A stretch of DNA of 64,000 bases, taken from positions 83,185 through 147,184 of the forward strand of contig NW_002060984.1 of assembly GCF_000150275.1 (NCBI RefSeq), in the 5' to 3' direction. A model generated the notes under the pieces. It was not told the DNA's origin. It made no database searches and was given only the letters and a program-made list of their open reading frames with translations. How positions within the stretch are numbered: the stretch's first letter is position 1; each line of letters begins with the position of its first letter. The translations under genes were made by a program, and so were the position numbers. The stretch comes from Trichoplax adhaerens (taxonomy: Eukaryota; Animalia; Placozoa). This document shows positions 40,559-53,264 of this stretch, piece after piece.

Positions 40559-40845
40559 TGTTACAATTTAGCCTTTTTAAACGGGTCTAAAATACTATTA
40601 TCTCTGATACTCGTGTCCGTAACTGACTTAGGAGACTTATCGTAGTTAAATTAACTCTAAACTACACAGATAAGTTACCAACAGCTAATAGATTTAAGGA
40701 CTTTACTTTATTGAGATAAGTCTAAGTCAAAAAATCTACTAAAAAGTACGATAGGAAACTCTTGGCAATAATTATCGAGTAGATCTAGAAATGATTAAAT
40801 GGAACTGAACAGCTAATTTAGTGCTCGGTTTTATATAGTTTCGCA
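40559..40845 (-). mobile_element. Repeat family C, copy 2 (begins TGTTACA, truncated)
   Basis: Collinear with 33343-33640 and has an LTR-type TGT terminus. Confidence 0.7.
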
Positions 40846-42640
40846 AAATCTTATATATTACCCCACAAAATGAATTTTAAAATGAATTACTCTTATACGT
40901 TAACTGGTTAAGCACTAATCACTTGAAAAGAGACCTATTTTTCTAGGGGTAGTGGCTTAAGACCGAGCTCGCATACGATTACAATTAAGAGTGGTACTGC
41001 GATTGCTTTTAAAGTTGTTAAAGCTATAAATTATAGTCTATCCACTTGAATGTACTTTTGGTAATGTTAAATGCTCCTTAGTGAGGACAATATTAGGCTT
41101 CTTTACATATCAGGATACAGTGCATAATATCATTTTATCTAAGAGGAGTCCTGCAGGAACTTGTATCGGCAGAAGAGCATATTTCATCTATTACGTTGAA
41201 ATGTTTGTGAGATATTTGCTTTCTTATTGGAATTTGTAGTTTGGTGATCTTCTAATCACGTTTTATTAAAATAATTTGAAATTAAAGCTTAGAATTACTG
41301 CTTATAAGAGCTGGGTATACATTCTACGAGAGTTGCAACATTTGAAATGATCAGTTAGTTTTGTCATTAAATTTAAGGAATCTACATAGGTTTTGTATAT
41401 TTCCATATTTGTAATTTAGTCATGCTGCTCGTGAAATAGTCGCTGATAGAATTGTTACACGCAGATTTCTAATTTAAGCATTAAAGGTGAGAAACTATTG
41501 CGTGCTAGAATAATTTATCATTATCAGATTTCTTATACTCCAAATCATTCATCTAATTAAATAGTATAACATGAGAATACATCTTACACGTTTATACGTC
41601 AACGCTAAGTATAACTCAAACTCGAGAATTACTATTACCGGTACTTCATATTGAGTAAATCTATGATTTGTTGCTATGACTTTGGTAATACGCATTTCAG
41701 TATAAGAAAGAATACCTTACTAGCACCGACTCAGCAATTTCCAGACATTTCCAGACCCCAACCGTGATTACATAAATGGAGGTGTGCTATTTATAAAATT
41801 ATTTCCCAAAGCGACAATCTGAATTTAGGCAAATAACTGCATCTCAGTTTGTTAACCTAATTGATCGTGAACATAATCTTTTAGTTTCCTTGATTTGTGG
41901 TATTGTAAACGAATGATTATTAAAAGTATTCTTGTCTCTAGTTTAAGACATTATTTGTTGTACTTTTACGCAAGGATAATGAAATTTAATGAAACAGGAA
42001 TGAAGAATGAAGATTTACTTTATTTCATGAATATTTGAATGACGGTATACATAATTGATTTCAGAATGTACTGAAAATATAATAAAATCCTATGACAGTC
42101 AAGGACTTAACTTAAATAAATCTGCGTTATACCCGTAAATAATTTAAATTAGTTAATCACTCTTACTGAAAAGACGTTTAAAACCTAATTTGTAATTGCC
42201 ATTATTTTTAATGAAAATGTTTCGAAGATGAAGTAGTCTTGATGAAGCAGACTTCATCGTGATATTTGATCATACGACAATACGCGTATTTGACAAGATC
42301 ACTATTCGGTCTAATAGCCATTTTGTAAGCTTTGCTCCATTTAGCAGATATCAATACCTTAGTTGAGGATAATGAGCATACAACAGGTTCTAGTTCTACA
42401 ATTTCGTCCATTTTATGAGTATCTTATACATTTAGCTATTGATATTTGATTATAAATTAGCAATAAAATCGCAAGTAATGCTAATGGAAACAAAAATTAA
42501 GTTCATAGTATAAAGATGCATATGTTGGTACTTCAATTATCTACGGGTTAAAAACATAACGTAGGAATTTAACTTGCTGTATAAGGTGATCTACTAAACA
42601 CAAACACTAACAGACTATATGTACTGTTGCTAGTCTCTAA

Positions 42641-45600
42641 CTAGGACTTTTGCTTATGTTCTTGTTTATCGTCTTCCAATTTTGCAGCACTTTTCCTTTT
42701 CAAGTAGCAAAATATAGAAAGTAGGCAAACAATAACTACAAATGCAACTCCTCCCGTGATTAATCCTGTTATCGTGCGAACTATTAAAATAAATAGATAG
42801 GATTAGGTCGTAAGGCAACATAAGGTTTAGAAATAGTACTATGAATATGATATATAATAAGGCTTTAATTTCAAGATCCAATAGTTATTAAAGACATCAA
42901 GTTTAAATTTTAATTGGATAACTGGCCTGTACTTACAGTCAAAGCTAGGCGGTATTGGACAAATACCTTCTTTCCCTGGGATACATCTAAGGTAAAAATT
43001 AATGATTATTATCCTTCGTTAATGCTTTTGTTTATAGTTAATGGCAATTTAAATTTTTAACCAAAAAATTTATGCTACGCAATCTTGAAAGATAAAGAAA
43101 TATACGATATTTATTGTGATTGGTTAACTAGTTTAACTAAACGTCTAGAAAATATACTATTTGGAATTATTTAGGGCTAGTAAAACATATATCGTTTGGC
43201 TGGCAACGATAGCATTAGACAACAGCCAAGATAACTGCTGTCTTGAACTATGCACTGTAAAAGAGTAGGTTATAGTGAGGCCCCGATATTAATAAAGAAG
43301 ATGGCAACGCTAGACCTGTGTAGACTAGTGTTACTAAGGATCATCTTATAGTGTTAAGATTATCGCGTACTGTTAGTGGATAATAAAAGAGATATTAACT
43401 GTAACCTTAAGTAAGACTACAGCGCGCCTAGGTAAGCGACAACAGCATGTCTTCGTAACTCATATATGATTGAGTCAGAGTGAGGAATGGCAATCATACC
43501 TTGTTACGAGTCTTAAACTTGCAGGAGCCAAACTAAATATTGAGTAGAATAAGTAAAACTATAGGTTGAAATAACTTGGATTTAACTTGAATTGACTAAG
43601 CTGGATGATTTGACAAACATGTTTGTCAACATGCCTGCAGAAAATATATAAAAGGATGACTCCCTTTAAGAGGAGTTCAATCGATAGCCTCTGAGCTAGT
43701 TGTTTGTAGATACGTGATTTGAAGTTTTACGAACGTAATATCCACAGTAATTTTATGCTTTGAACTATTTATAACCAATACACTGTGATAATAACTACTG
43801 GGTGGCTAGTTAAAGTATGGCTAAAGGTAGCACATTTATTACAGTTGCCTTTGTGTTTATAAAGTGGATAAACTGCGTCTAAAATTATAAAGTTTGATAG
43901 AGTGATCATACCGGCCATTAATCTTTAATTTGGCTATTTAATTAGTTAACGAAAGGTAATGTACTTGGATAGTTTATCAAAAATTAGCAGATATTTTAAA
44001 TAAATTAACTAAGAGCATTTATAAATACTTTGTCCTTAATTAGATAGGGATGCAAATATTGCCACTAATAAAATTGTAGCTATGGCATAGCTCGTAGGAT
44101 TTTACAGATAAAAATCTTGTAAAAACTTTATATGGTATGACAAATCAAGGATACACTTTATCTTTAATCAGCAATAGCAAAATTGTACTGAAATTTCAGA
44201 AATAAATTTTAAATGTTTAAAGATCCTTAACATCAGGTATTTAATAGTTCCAGTTTCAACATACCTGCATATAGCCCGATCGTCATTAGTGACAACACAA
44301 ACCGTTGTATTTGAGCAATTTGCATTACATTCTATCAAATAGAAAAAATTGAATAAAGCAAATATCCTATCATTAACATTTTATTACAAAATTGGAACTT
44401 TTTGCTTACCGCTATATTTTTAAACATTCATTCAACTAAAAACTGAAATGACTATTATAGATGAAATAAGCTATTTGATATATTCTCGCAGCCACCTTAA
44501 GACAAAAGTACTAAACTTACCAGTACAATTCTTATGATATGATATGCCGGTAGTTTCCTGATCACATCTACATCTAAAGTCACCATCAGTATTGATACAG
44601 ATTTGGTGCTGTAGAGTGCACACTGATTGGGAGCTATTGCATTCGTTAATGTCTAAATAATTGTAAAGTGAAAAATTTTACATGTTGAACTAATGTAATG
44701 AAAATGATATATAATTATTGGTATCGCAATGTTCAATTAAATTTTTAAATAGTCAACTTATTTTAAGTCTCTCATAATTAATTGTCGAGAATCTGTATCA
44801 GCTTATTAAATGAAATACAAACATTAATTATTTGTTACCAGTGGTAATAATTCATTTGTTAAATTATCATAACCTTAAAATTGTTAAAAATTAAGTTAAA
44901 GAAAAATTAATCAAGTATAATAACTGCATCATAATAAAAGGAAACTGCTCTTGGAGCCATACTAAACTTACCTATAATTCTGTTTGTTTAGTGTAATTAA
45001 GAATGATTTTGAAGAATTGATTCTTGTTGCAGTTTGCTACGCACACTCTACTCAATAACTACCGTACACTAATTTTTAATGGTAAGGTTACATTCGATAC
45101 TTATATGGCTCTTTAAATTAATTGCTTCAAAGTAATTTAATACTAGTATTACGTAAGATTGAACAAGGTACATTCGAGTAAATGTCCAATTTTTCGGTTA
45201 CTTCTTTGTTGAGTTCAACTTTACATTACCTTTCCAATATCAGTTTTAGGATAGTAAATTACAAATTTCATATACTAAAGAAATCCTACATAGTAGCAGT
45301 AGTTATTTAGCAATTTGAATTTTATTTCAGTTTATGTTAGCTATTTCACTTTTAGTTGTAAAAATTGATTCAAAAGCAATAGCTTGAATTTTGAATGTAA
45401 CAATGTTAGCCTCCACTAAGGCATAAATATTTTGCGATAGAATCTAGTATTTTGATAATCATGTAGGAGTACTGTATTCTGAAGAGTAATTTAATAAATA
45501 TCTTAAATGACTGTTACAGTGTTATATACTGTATTAGAGTAGAAATATCTATGTTAGGATAATCCTGTTAGCCTATCCTTATTTAGTTAACTTCTAATTT

Positions 45601-48357
45601 GGATATACTGAGTTTTAATATAGCACTGACTTTTTATGACAGTGAAACATATACACATACTGAATTAATAGTTATAATAGGGAATGTAAATCATCTACTT
45701 ACAGTTCGAATTATTGTGATTGTAATTTACTTATGGTAGACTGTAAATTATCATGGAAATGTTCCATAATAGGACATATCGTAATCTGACTGTTCTGTAT
45801 TAGTCATTACATGTCTATTTTCGTAAATACTGTTGTCTGTATTAAGGGAGCAGTAGCTATAATTAATATCTAATTCAGTGAATTATTCCAAAGTTAATCG
45901 TACTAACTATGACTCATGAGCTATTAAGGAATAGTATATAAATGCAGTATATCGTGAAATAAAGAGAATTCTCCAACTTAGTGTTTAACATAAAATACGA
46001 GGCGTTTAAGTCTTTGTGTAGTCTGCTATTAGAGTAAAAGTGTTTGTGATAGTGCAGATATCGTTCCTTGATAAGTGATTCAAGGAATTGACTTATTGAT
46101 CGTACATTACGTTATCTTGTTGCAAAGCTGTTTTGTGACAATGACTCAGCTTAAAATTACTACTAAGCCAATAATTATTTATAATTATATATTAAAGCTC
46201 AAATATTAGAAATATCTTCGTGGATGATAACCAAGTTATTAATCTAAGATTCTAAAACTGGTGGAAAGTGGTTATCGTGTCATGAAAAATTTAAAATTAT
46301 TCTAGTGAAGATTCGTAAATTTCTTCCAATTTTATAAAATATATTAATTTATATTGCAAAAACTATAAATGACGACCACAATAATTTAATGTCCATACAA
46401 GATGTTTGTTAAATATCTAATAAGTTAAATTAAATTATCGAACACTTTTTCATAATGAAGAAAAATAGCTTTAGTTTGAGGAATCTAAAACAAACCTTCA
46501 CATTTTATTCCATCACCGTAGTAGCCATTTGCACATCGACATTGATAATATATTGTGTCATTCAAGATAGAACGTACACAGGTAGCACGGAGATCACAGT
46601 CTAATCCTTCCTGATTGCATAGATTTTCATTTACGATCGTTGTACCTGGTATAAAATTTAATTAAGAGAATAAAGGATACTTCATTTTTAGCTAAACAAG
46701 CATATATTACGAATATAATATTTCTTAGAATAAGATTTCTTCTTGAATAATTAAGCTTAGCTATTTATATCATCGCCATTAACGTTATTTTGCGATAGTA
46801 ATTTTTAATCTTAAAGATCTATAGAATTTATAATGGTCTTGATTTTATTACTCTATTCAATAAATTTTGGTAGATTAGGCAGATAGCTTTAGATTTCTGA
46901 TTACAAGCCAGGAATAGCCCTAACCTGGAACAAGGATTGGGAGAGTGTTTTCTATCCTTTACTACTGTTATTTGGAATACCAGACAATTGGTATTCCAAG
47001 GTAGATAAGATTTAACACAGGAAGACCTACAAGACTTACTAGAAAATCGTAATCTAATTTATTGTTAGCGGACCAGCCGTTTATATAGGTTTCGAACCTA
47101 ACACTGGCTTAGCTACACAAGTCACCTCGTCTATTAGAAAGTAACCTAATTAATACCCTAAAGAGATTCTATCTGTAAAGATTAGATACAGTCTAATCTT
47201 ATTAAATTTACTGTAATAGTATTAAAAAAACAATGCTTATTAATAGTTTAACAGATACATATAAAGCTATCCTGCTAAGATATTTCCTCTAAACTTAGGA
47301 ATTGTATTTTGTACCTTAACAACCTTGGAGTTGATAAATATAATCTAGTTTAGCTGGTTGGCAATTACTATTTTAGTCTATGTAATCCTAAATTAAGAAT
47401 ATCAGCTACTAACTACTAAAATTACAATAAAGGAAACCGTAAAAAATTTCTGAGATATAAACATATATCGAACGTAACATATAAAAAAAATATACTTCGC
47501 AAAGATTACTTTCGTGATATTTGTGTACAGCCATATATTTTATGATGGCATTTTGTGTATATGTAGAATAATATTTCGAGATTAAATACAACTTTAACAC
47601 TAATTTATTACAGTCAAATCCGTTAAAGATCTGCGTAATACAAATTAGCCTAAATGAAAATAGATAAAATCCACCAATTGTATTTTTACTTGATGATGAC
47701 AAACTGCTACGTAAGTAAATTAAATTACTCGATACTATTACTGAATTATAGATTAATTGAGTATAAGAAATTAGATTAAATTGATTTTCATCAATTTTCA
47801 CTGTGGTAATTTTGTAATTTTAACAGATGAATACTATTGTATAACTTACTCGTTATTCCTTGACACATTCCGAAAATATTTACAGGTCAGATTAGCTTAA
47901 TTAAATGGATGTAATCCTAAACCTGCGATCAATAAGGAGCACAATCGTTTCTTTGACTATCTTGTAGAGTAAACTAAACGAAATTTTTAATTGCTGAGAT
48001 GTTTTTCAAGGTTTCATATTATTTAAGATAACTTGACATACAGTATTTAAGTGACTACCAGACATTGACAAAAGGATGGCAGGTCTAGGAAACGAAGGCA
48101 AGATCAGCCATAACAGTTTTTATGTTTCCGTTTACAGTAAAAACTATGATATAATGCTTCATGGTATTTCAAATTTAACTTAATTTATGATTAATTTAAT
48201 ATTATTAACCACATTTTGGTAGATCATTCATGATATGGTTTACAAACCCATATTTATTACAAATATAATATTATGTCTATATGTAAACCTATAGATAGCT
48301 ATTGAATAATTTTAAACTTCTACTTACGCCGTTCTTGAGGATAGGAGTGAAGGACAT
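42641..48357 (-). CDS. EGF-TM paralog 3 (core exons intact; 5' exons tentative, with an in-frame TGA)
   Basis: Tentative MSFTPILKNG (48328-48357) / DYIHLIKLI*PVNIFGMCQGIT (~47850-47916). Confident exons: TTIVNENLCNQEGLDCDLRATCVRSILNDTIYYQCRCANGYYGDGIKCE (46496-46645) / DINECNSSQSVCTLQHQICINTDGDFRCRCDQETTGISYHKNCT (~44521-44652) / ECNANCSNTTVCVVTNDDRAIC (~44265-44331) / RCIPGKEGICPIPPSFD (~42937-42986) / FRTITGLITGGVAFVVIVCLLSIFCYLKRKSAAKLEDDKQEHKQKS* (42641-42780). Confidence 0.82.
43236..43790 (+). mobile_element. Putative solo-LTR-like element family E (555 bp) in an intron of paralog 3
   Basis: Flanked by the direct repeat ATAAC (43231-35 / 43791-95); starts TG and ends TGTGATA. Internal TATATAAAAGG at ~43645. 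Single copy, so support is weaker. Confidence 0.55.
45512..46140 (+). mobile_element. Solo-LTR-like element family A (629 bp) in an intron of paralog 3
   Basis: Termini TGTTACA...TGTGACA with a perfect TSD ATGAC (45507-11 / 46141-45). Reverse complement of 27060-27689. TATATAAA at ~45936, then AATAAA at ~45958. Confidence 0.92.
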
Positions 48358-50638
48358 GCTAATATATAAGAAATGGGAAAAATTAGACGTGGTAACGTTA
48401 TTAACATATAGTGTAATAGCCACGAAATTTATTACCAAGTATTAGATTTAATTCTATTGGCACTAACTGACTTAGAGTGAAGATTATCGGTTAATTAATT
48501 AATTTAAATATATCGCGGGAGTATAAATACGGAAACAATGCATTTCATTAGCTATAGAGTAGAAGATAGTTCAGTGCGCATAGATGGGACAAACGGTTGA
48601 AGAAAAATAGTTATAAATGATAGTGAAGTTCAACCTCAGAATTTAAATTAGAATGACTGTTTCTCTATGATCAATTAAACGCTAATTGCGGAATGGTGAA
48701 TCTTAATTTATTTCATATTACTATAACCAAAATCTTTCTATAATAAGGTATCCAATGTCTTTTACTTAACGAATATTAGCAGCATAAGTAAGTCGTTTAG
48801 ACTTTTACTCAATTATGCGATTATTTTTTAGACTACGATAAGAAAATTTTTCAGTGAAACTGGAAAAAAACTGTCGTACGCTGCCGAAGCTTATCATTAA
48901 ATAGTAGCAATCAGTTGCTTGATGATTAAAATAGTACAATAATTTGAAATTACCTGCTGAAATAGAAATAGTAAATAGAATGCCACGGCTACCTTTGCGA
49001 AGATAGGAAACTTGCAATGATGTACCATGATATTAAAATACTTGATAAACGGGGCTATGGATTAACAATTTCAAGCGAGATAAACCCTTTATAGTAAAAT
49101 ACTCTTTCGATCAATTTACCAATCACACGATAAAATATACCCTTATTATCTTTTGTTCCGTCGATTAGTGAAAACTATTCTGTAGGGCACCAGCTGACAT
49201 TTATAATTCGATTGTGATACTGCACTTAAATGTCAGTTCTTCATATACTAGGCAGTTTCTTTTGATGAGCTGCACATTACAATATTCAGTTCATCTGTCA
49301 ATAATTTACCAGAATAAGACATCATTTGGCCGCAGATTAGCATAATAGGGGTCATTAAGCGAGGGAAGCAAGTCATTTCATGGTCTTTAGATATAATTTT
49401 TATTAGGAAATGATAAACCATCGTTCTCATCACATCATACAAATGCAGGTATTATAATAACCGTAGGTAAAGAGTAAGCGACATGTATTTTCGCCGTTAT
49501 TTTATGGAGATTTTTACTAGCATAATGGAGAACTATAATTTAGAGTACTGTAAGACACTGTATCTCTATTAGAATTACTTTTAAAGCAGTAGAATTTTTA
49601 TGGTAGATAGTTTAAAAAAGGCACTCAAAATTTCTTTACTAGACCGTAATTCCGGCTACGCTGAAATATAAGGAAACGCTATAAAATGCGCTTTAGACAG
49701 ATCGTATCTTTGTATGTTTTCATGGTCTAATATAAGCTGAGAATTCATAGTTTATTTAATTTAAATTAGGTCGAAATATCGCAGTTTTTATTAAAAATAG
49801 TTCATATTTTTGCTTTTAACTAAGCTAGCCACTATGCTTTATAGTATGGTTTTCAAATCCGTAATTTTGCATATAAGTTTCAAGGCTATATCAAGAGTGG
49901 TATAGTTATCAATTGAGGCAAGCTATCATTGAACGATCGCCTGCATCCTTATTTTAAATGCTATATCAAGTGAATCTCTTTCCAATAAAATTCAAACTCA
50001 TTCCTATTCTGACAAAAAACAGATAAAAATAATCTCCTGATAACCCTACTAAAGATCAAGCGCTGAATTGAGCATAATTGTTTGTATCTACGATATAAGC
50101 AATAAAAAGACGTTAAGTAAGGGTAGATAAGTTCCAAGACAAATATTGACAAACAAGGTAACATGTTAAAAATATATTAATATAATACAATAGCTGAAAT
50201 CTTATATAATAATAAAAAATGTCATTTGACAAATACTGTATCCGAACTTTAATCTGTATTATTTTTCCACGTGATGTGGTCAAGTGCTATTGCACACTAG
50301 CGCTTTACATTTATTCTCGGTGAGATTTTACTACCATTATATCCAATTTTATGCTAATAGTCGCAATTAAAGCCTTTATTACATTAGCTTATAGCTGAAT
50401 GGCTTGAAGTTGATTAAGATCTTGCCCAGCAATGTAATTGTTGCTATCAATGATCTTTTCGTTTAAACTTATGCTACCTTGGTAGATCGCCATTAGAGCA
50501 TGTCACAGTACGTAATTCCCAAAATGAATTGATTCTTTCGGAACCTTAATATAGCAAACTTAATTCCCGTTGTTATTTACTGAGAACAGTCAGCTAAGCC
50601 TTGAGATGAGCTAATCAGAACTTAAAAACTAATCTGAT

Positions 50639-51188
50639 TGTGATATATACCAATCACGAAATTCCAAATTTTAGAACAATAAGGGCTTTATTCAATCTTA
50701 TACAAAGATTAACTACACAGCTCTACTCTAGCCGAATACTACTTCTAAAGACTTCTAGAAAGAACTAACAGAATAATCTAAAGTTGCATGCTTTTATACT
50801 TTCCGTAGCATTCGCAGCTACAATCCGCATGGCAACCTTTTACCTTATTTTACACATAGTTAAATTATTCTTAGTAAGACTATTCTACTGCGGACCATCA
50901 TTAATCCAATATGGATACGACTACAGTGCTTACGTAGACATTATTCACACCAACCAAGGTACAATGAATTAATCATATCCTAATATATGATTTACAGTTC
51001 TATTTTTACCTACAGCCATATTAGTAACTCAACAGCTTACTGCATATAGTCATCTGTACTCTAGTATAGAGTCTCTACCACTACAGTCTATAGTTACAGC
51101 TACCAAATATCTCTTAGGATAAATATCTACCGTACATTATACTACACATGGCTAACAGTCTACAATCACAATACTAAGTTACATTACA
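50639..51188. mobile_element. Solo-LTR-like element family D (550 bp)
   Basis: Termini TGTGATA...CATTACA with a perfect TSD CTGAT (50634-38 / 51189-93). Related copies at 28247-28780 and 60451-60664. Confidence 0.85.
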
Positions 51189-53264
51189 CTGATATAATAC
51201 CAATAAGAAATATATAAAAATTTGTGATCTGATGGTCTTTTTTTATTGCTTTTTATTTCTGTTATGTATTAATTATAATTATAATAATTTTTTATATTCT
51301 ATTATTTTGCGTTCGTTCAGCGTTACCCTATCTTTTGCCTTTGTTTCATGGAATGAATACCTATCACAATATTATTTAGTATTCATTATAAATATCTTAA
51401 AATATAATCTAATTGATTATTAATGAGGTAATTAAGTGATGGAGGCCGTGATAAAGAAGCATAAAGAGTACTTCAAAAGCTTCAAATCTCTACTATGTAC
51501 CTAGTTTTCAGCTTTAAGAACCGTTATTGACCAACAGTCTTAAAAGCAAACAAATCAGTGTAATTATGCAATAGTTACTTTATCCAGCAAAATCGATATT
51601 TCCGAGTGCAGAAAATTTTAATTATGTTTCATAAACTGATTTATTGCTAGAAGTCTGACGTAAGATATTTATTTAACAAAAAGCTTACTACAAAGCAAGA
51701 CTGTTCATTAGCTTCCGCTTACTGTGAAGACTTATTTCCTGCATCTTTACCAGTCGCAATAATATTTTGAAAAAATATTCGTAAATAATATTGATTCCTC
51801 TTAGATACTCTTGATAGTAGGCACAATAATCACGATGAAAATTAGCTATTAAGGTATTTGTTAATGATTTGCGAGCCTCGATAAGTTAGCCATATTAAGA
51901 ATGAAGAACTTAATAGCTAAATGAGACTCTTTTCATAGTTACTGTACTCGTTTATTACACAGCCGTGCATCTTGTTATTTATAGACCAGTCTGGGCATCG
52001 AAATCAATATCTTGCTCGAGAAATACCAAATTTTAGAGGTTATACTTGATTATGTAGTTATCACTATATATTACTTTGCTATAGCAAGTTTAACTCAAGT
52101 CAAAAAAGGAGGAATATACAGTAGGCAACTGCTACAGGATCATATCGACTATTTATGCCTGCTCTATTTTATCACTTTATCTCCTTAAAAGTATCGAAAG
52201 CACGAGTTTTTACAGGATGAGTTAACCATAATGTCACTGTTATGATCTCAGTTAGTTACAGTAGCGCAGTATGTGGCCAATAGAATAAAACGGCGCACAT
52301 ATACTGCTTCTAGTATGAGATGAGGATTCTTCAGTCAAGATAGTATCTGATAGCCAAATATTCGTGTATCACATTAGAGAATTACTCAGTTTTGTTAGCT
52401 AAAATTTGGGGATACGTAAGTAAACCTACAGTAATAGTGGGAGACTATTGCATACTCGTTACAGCCTTGAATGCTGTATCCATCTTGTAAGCTGTCGTAA
52501 TCTGTATGCTGTAATAATTTAACAGCTTCATAAAATCAAATCTTGCGTTTTAAACTATTTAATCTCAATATTTCATGAGATATATCATCAATGACTTGGT
52601 TCATATATGAACCAATATCCTTAATCGAAGTATTTATAATACTTTAAGTTGTTTTATCGTTTTATTTTCCATATGTTATCAGAGTCTTTCAATAAGACGA
52701 AATAACATTGAGGCTGTAGCTACAGATATAGCCTGATGGAAATGTGGAGTTACAACAAGTTTTTACATCTTTGTGATTAATTACCAGTAAATATGCTTTA
52801 TTCGTAGGTGACAATAATGTAAATCGAATAAAATCTAGATGATCTAATCTAATAATTGAAATTTGCGTATTATTTTGCAATTTAAAAATTTTATGATCAA
52901 TAACTTGATATAAGTACTGAATCTTTATAATAATATATATGTCACTATATATATATAATAGAATTAGTAGCAACACACTCTTCATAATTCTCACTAATGT
53001 AAGAGAAAGATGCTGCATCTATATGAAACATAACAAATAGGAATTTCAGAACGAAGTATCTTAATTATAATACCTAATTACAAATTGAACTTGCTCTGGG
53101 CTCTATAGTGGCGCCTGGATATAAGATATCCATGATATAAATTATGATTATTCATCTAGATAATTACTGTCATACGTGGTTATGATAAAAAAACAATTAG
53201 ATTTTGTTACTTAATCTTGTTGATGACTTTCTATCCGTATCTTTACTACTACTAGGATTGGATT

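Noticed and set aside
42208-42411. 67-aa ORF downstream of paralog 3
   Set aside because: No recognisable domain, and paralog 3 already terminates at 42641.
42666-42881. ORF-track protein MDLEIKALLY...
   Set aside because: Wrong frame. The spliced TM exon of paralog 3 (42641-42780) uses another frame.
47887-47889. Selenocysteine recoding of the in-frame TGA
   Set aside because: The position is in a putative signal peptide, not a redox motif, and I identified no SECIS.
47409-53018. Several 60-130-aa I/L/F/Y-rich ORFs (47409, 48805, 49248, 49961, 50784, 51232, 52689)
   Set aside because: Composition is that of AT-rich noncoding DNA or repeats, with no motifs or consistent splice structure.
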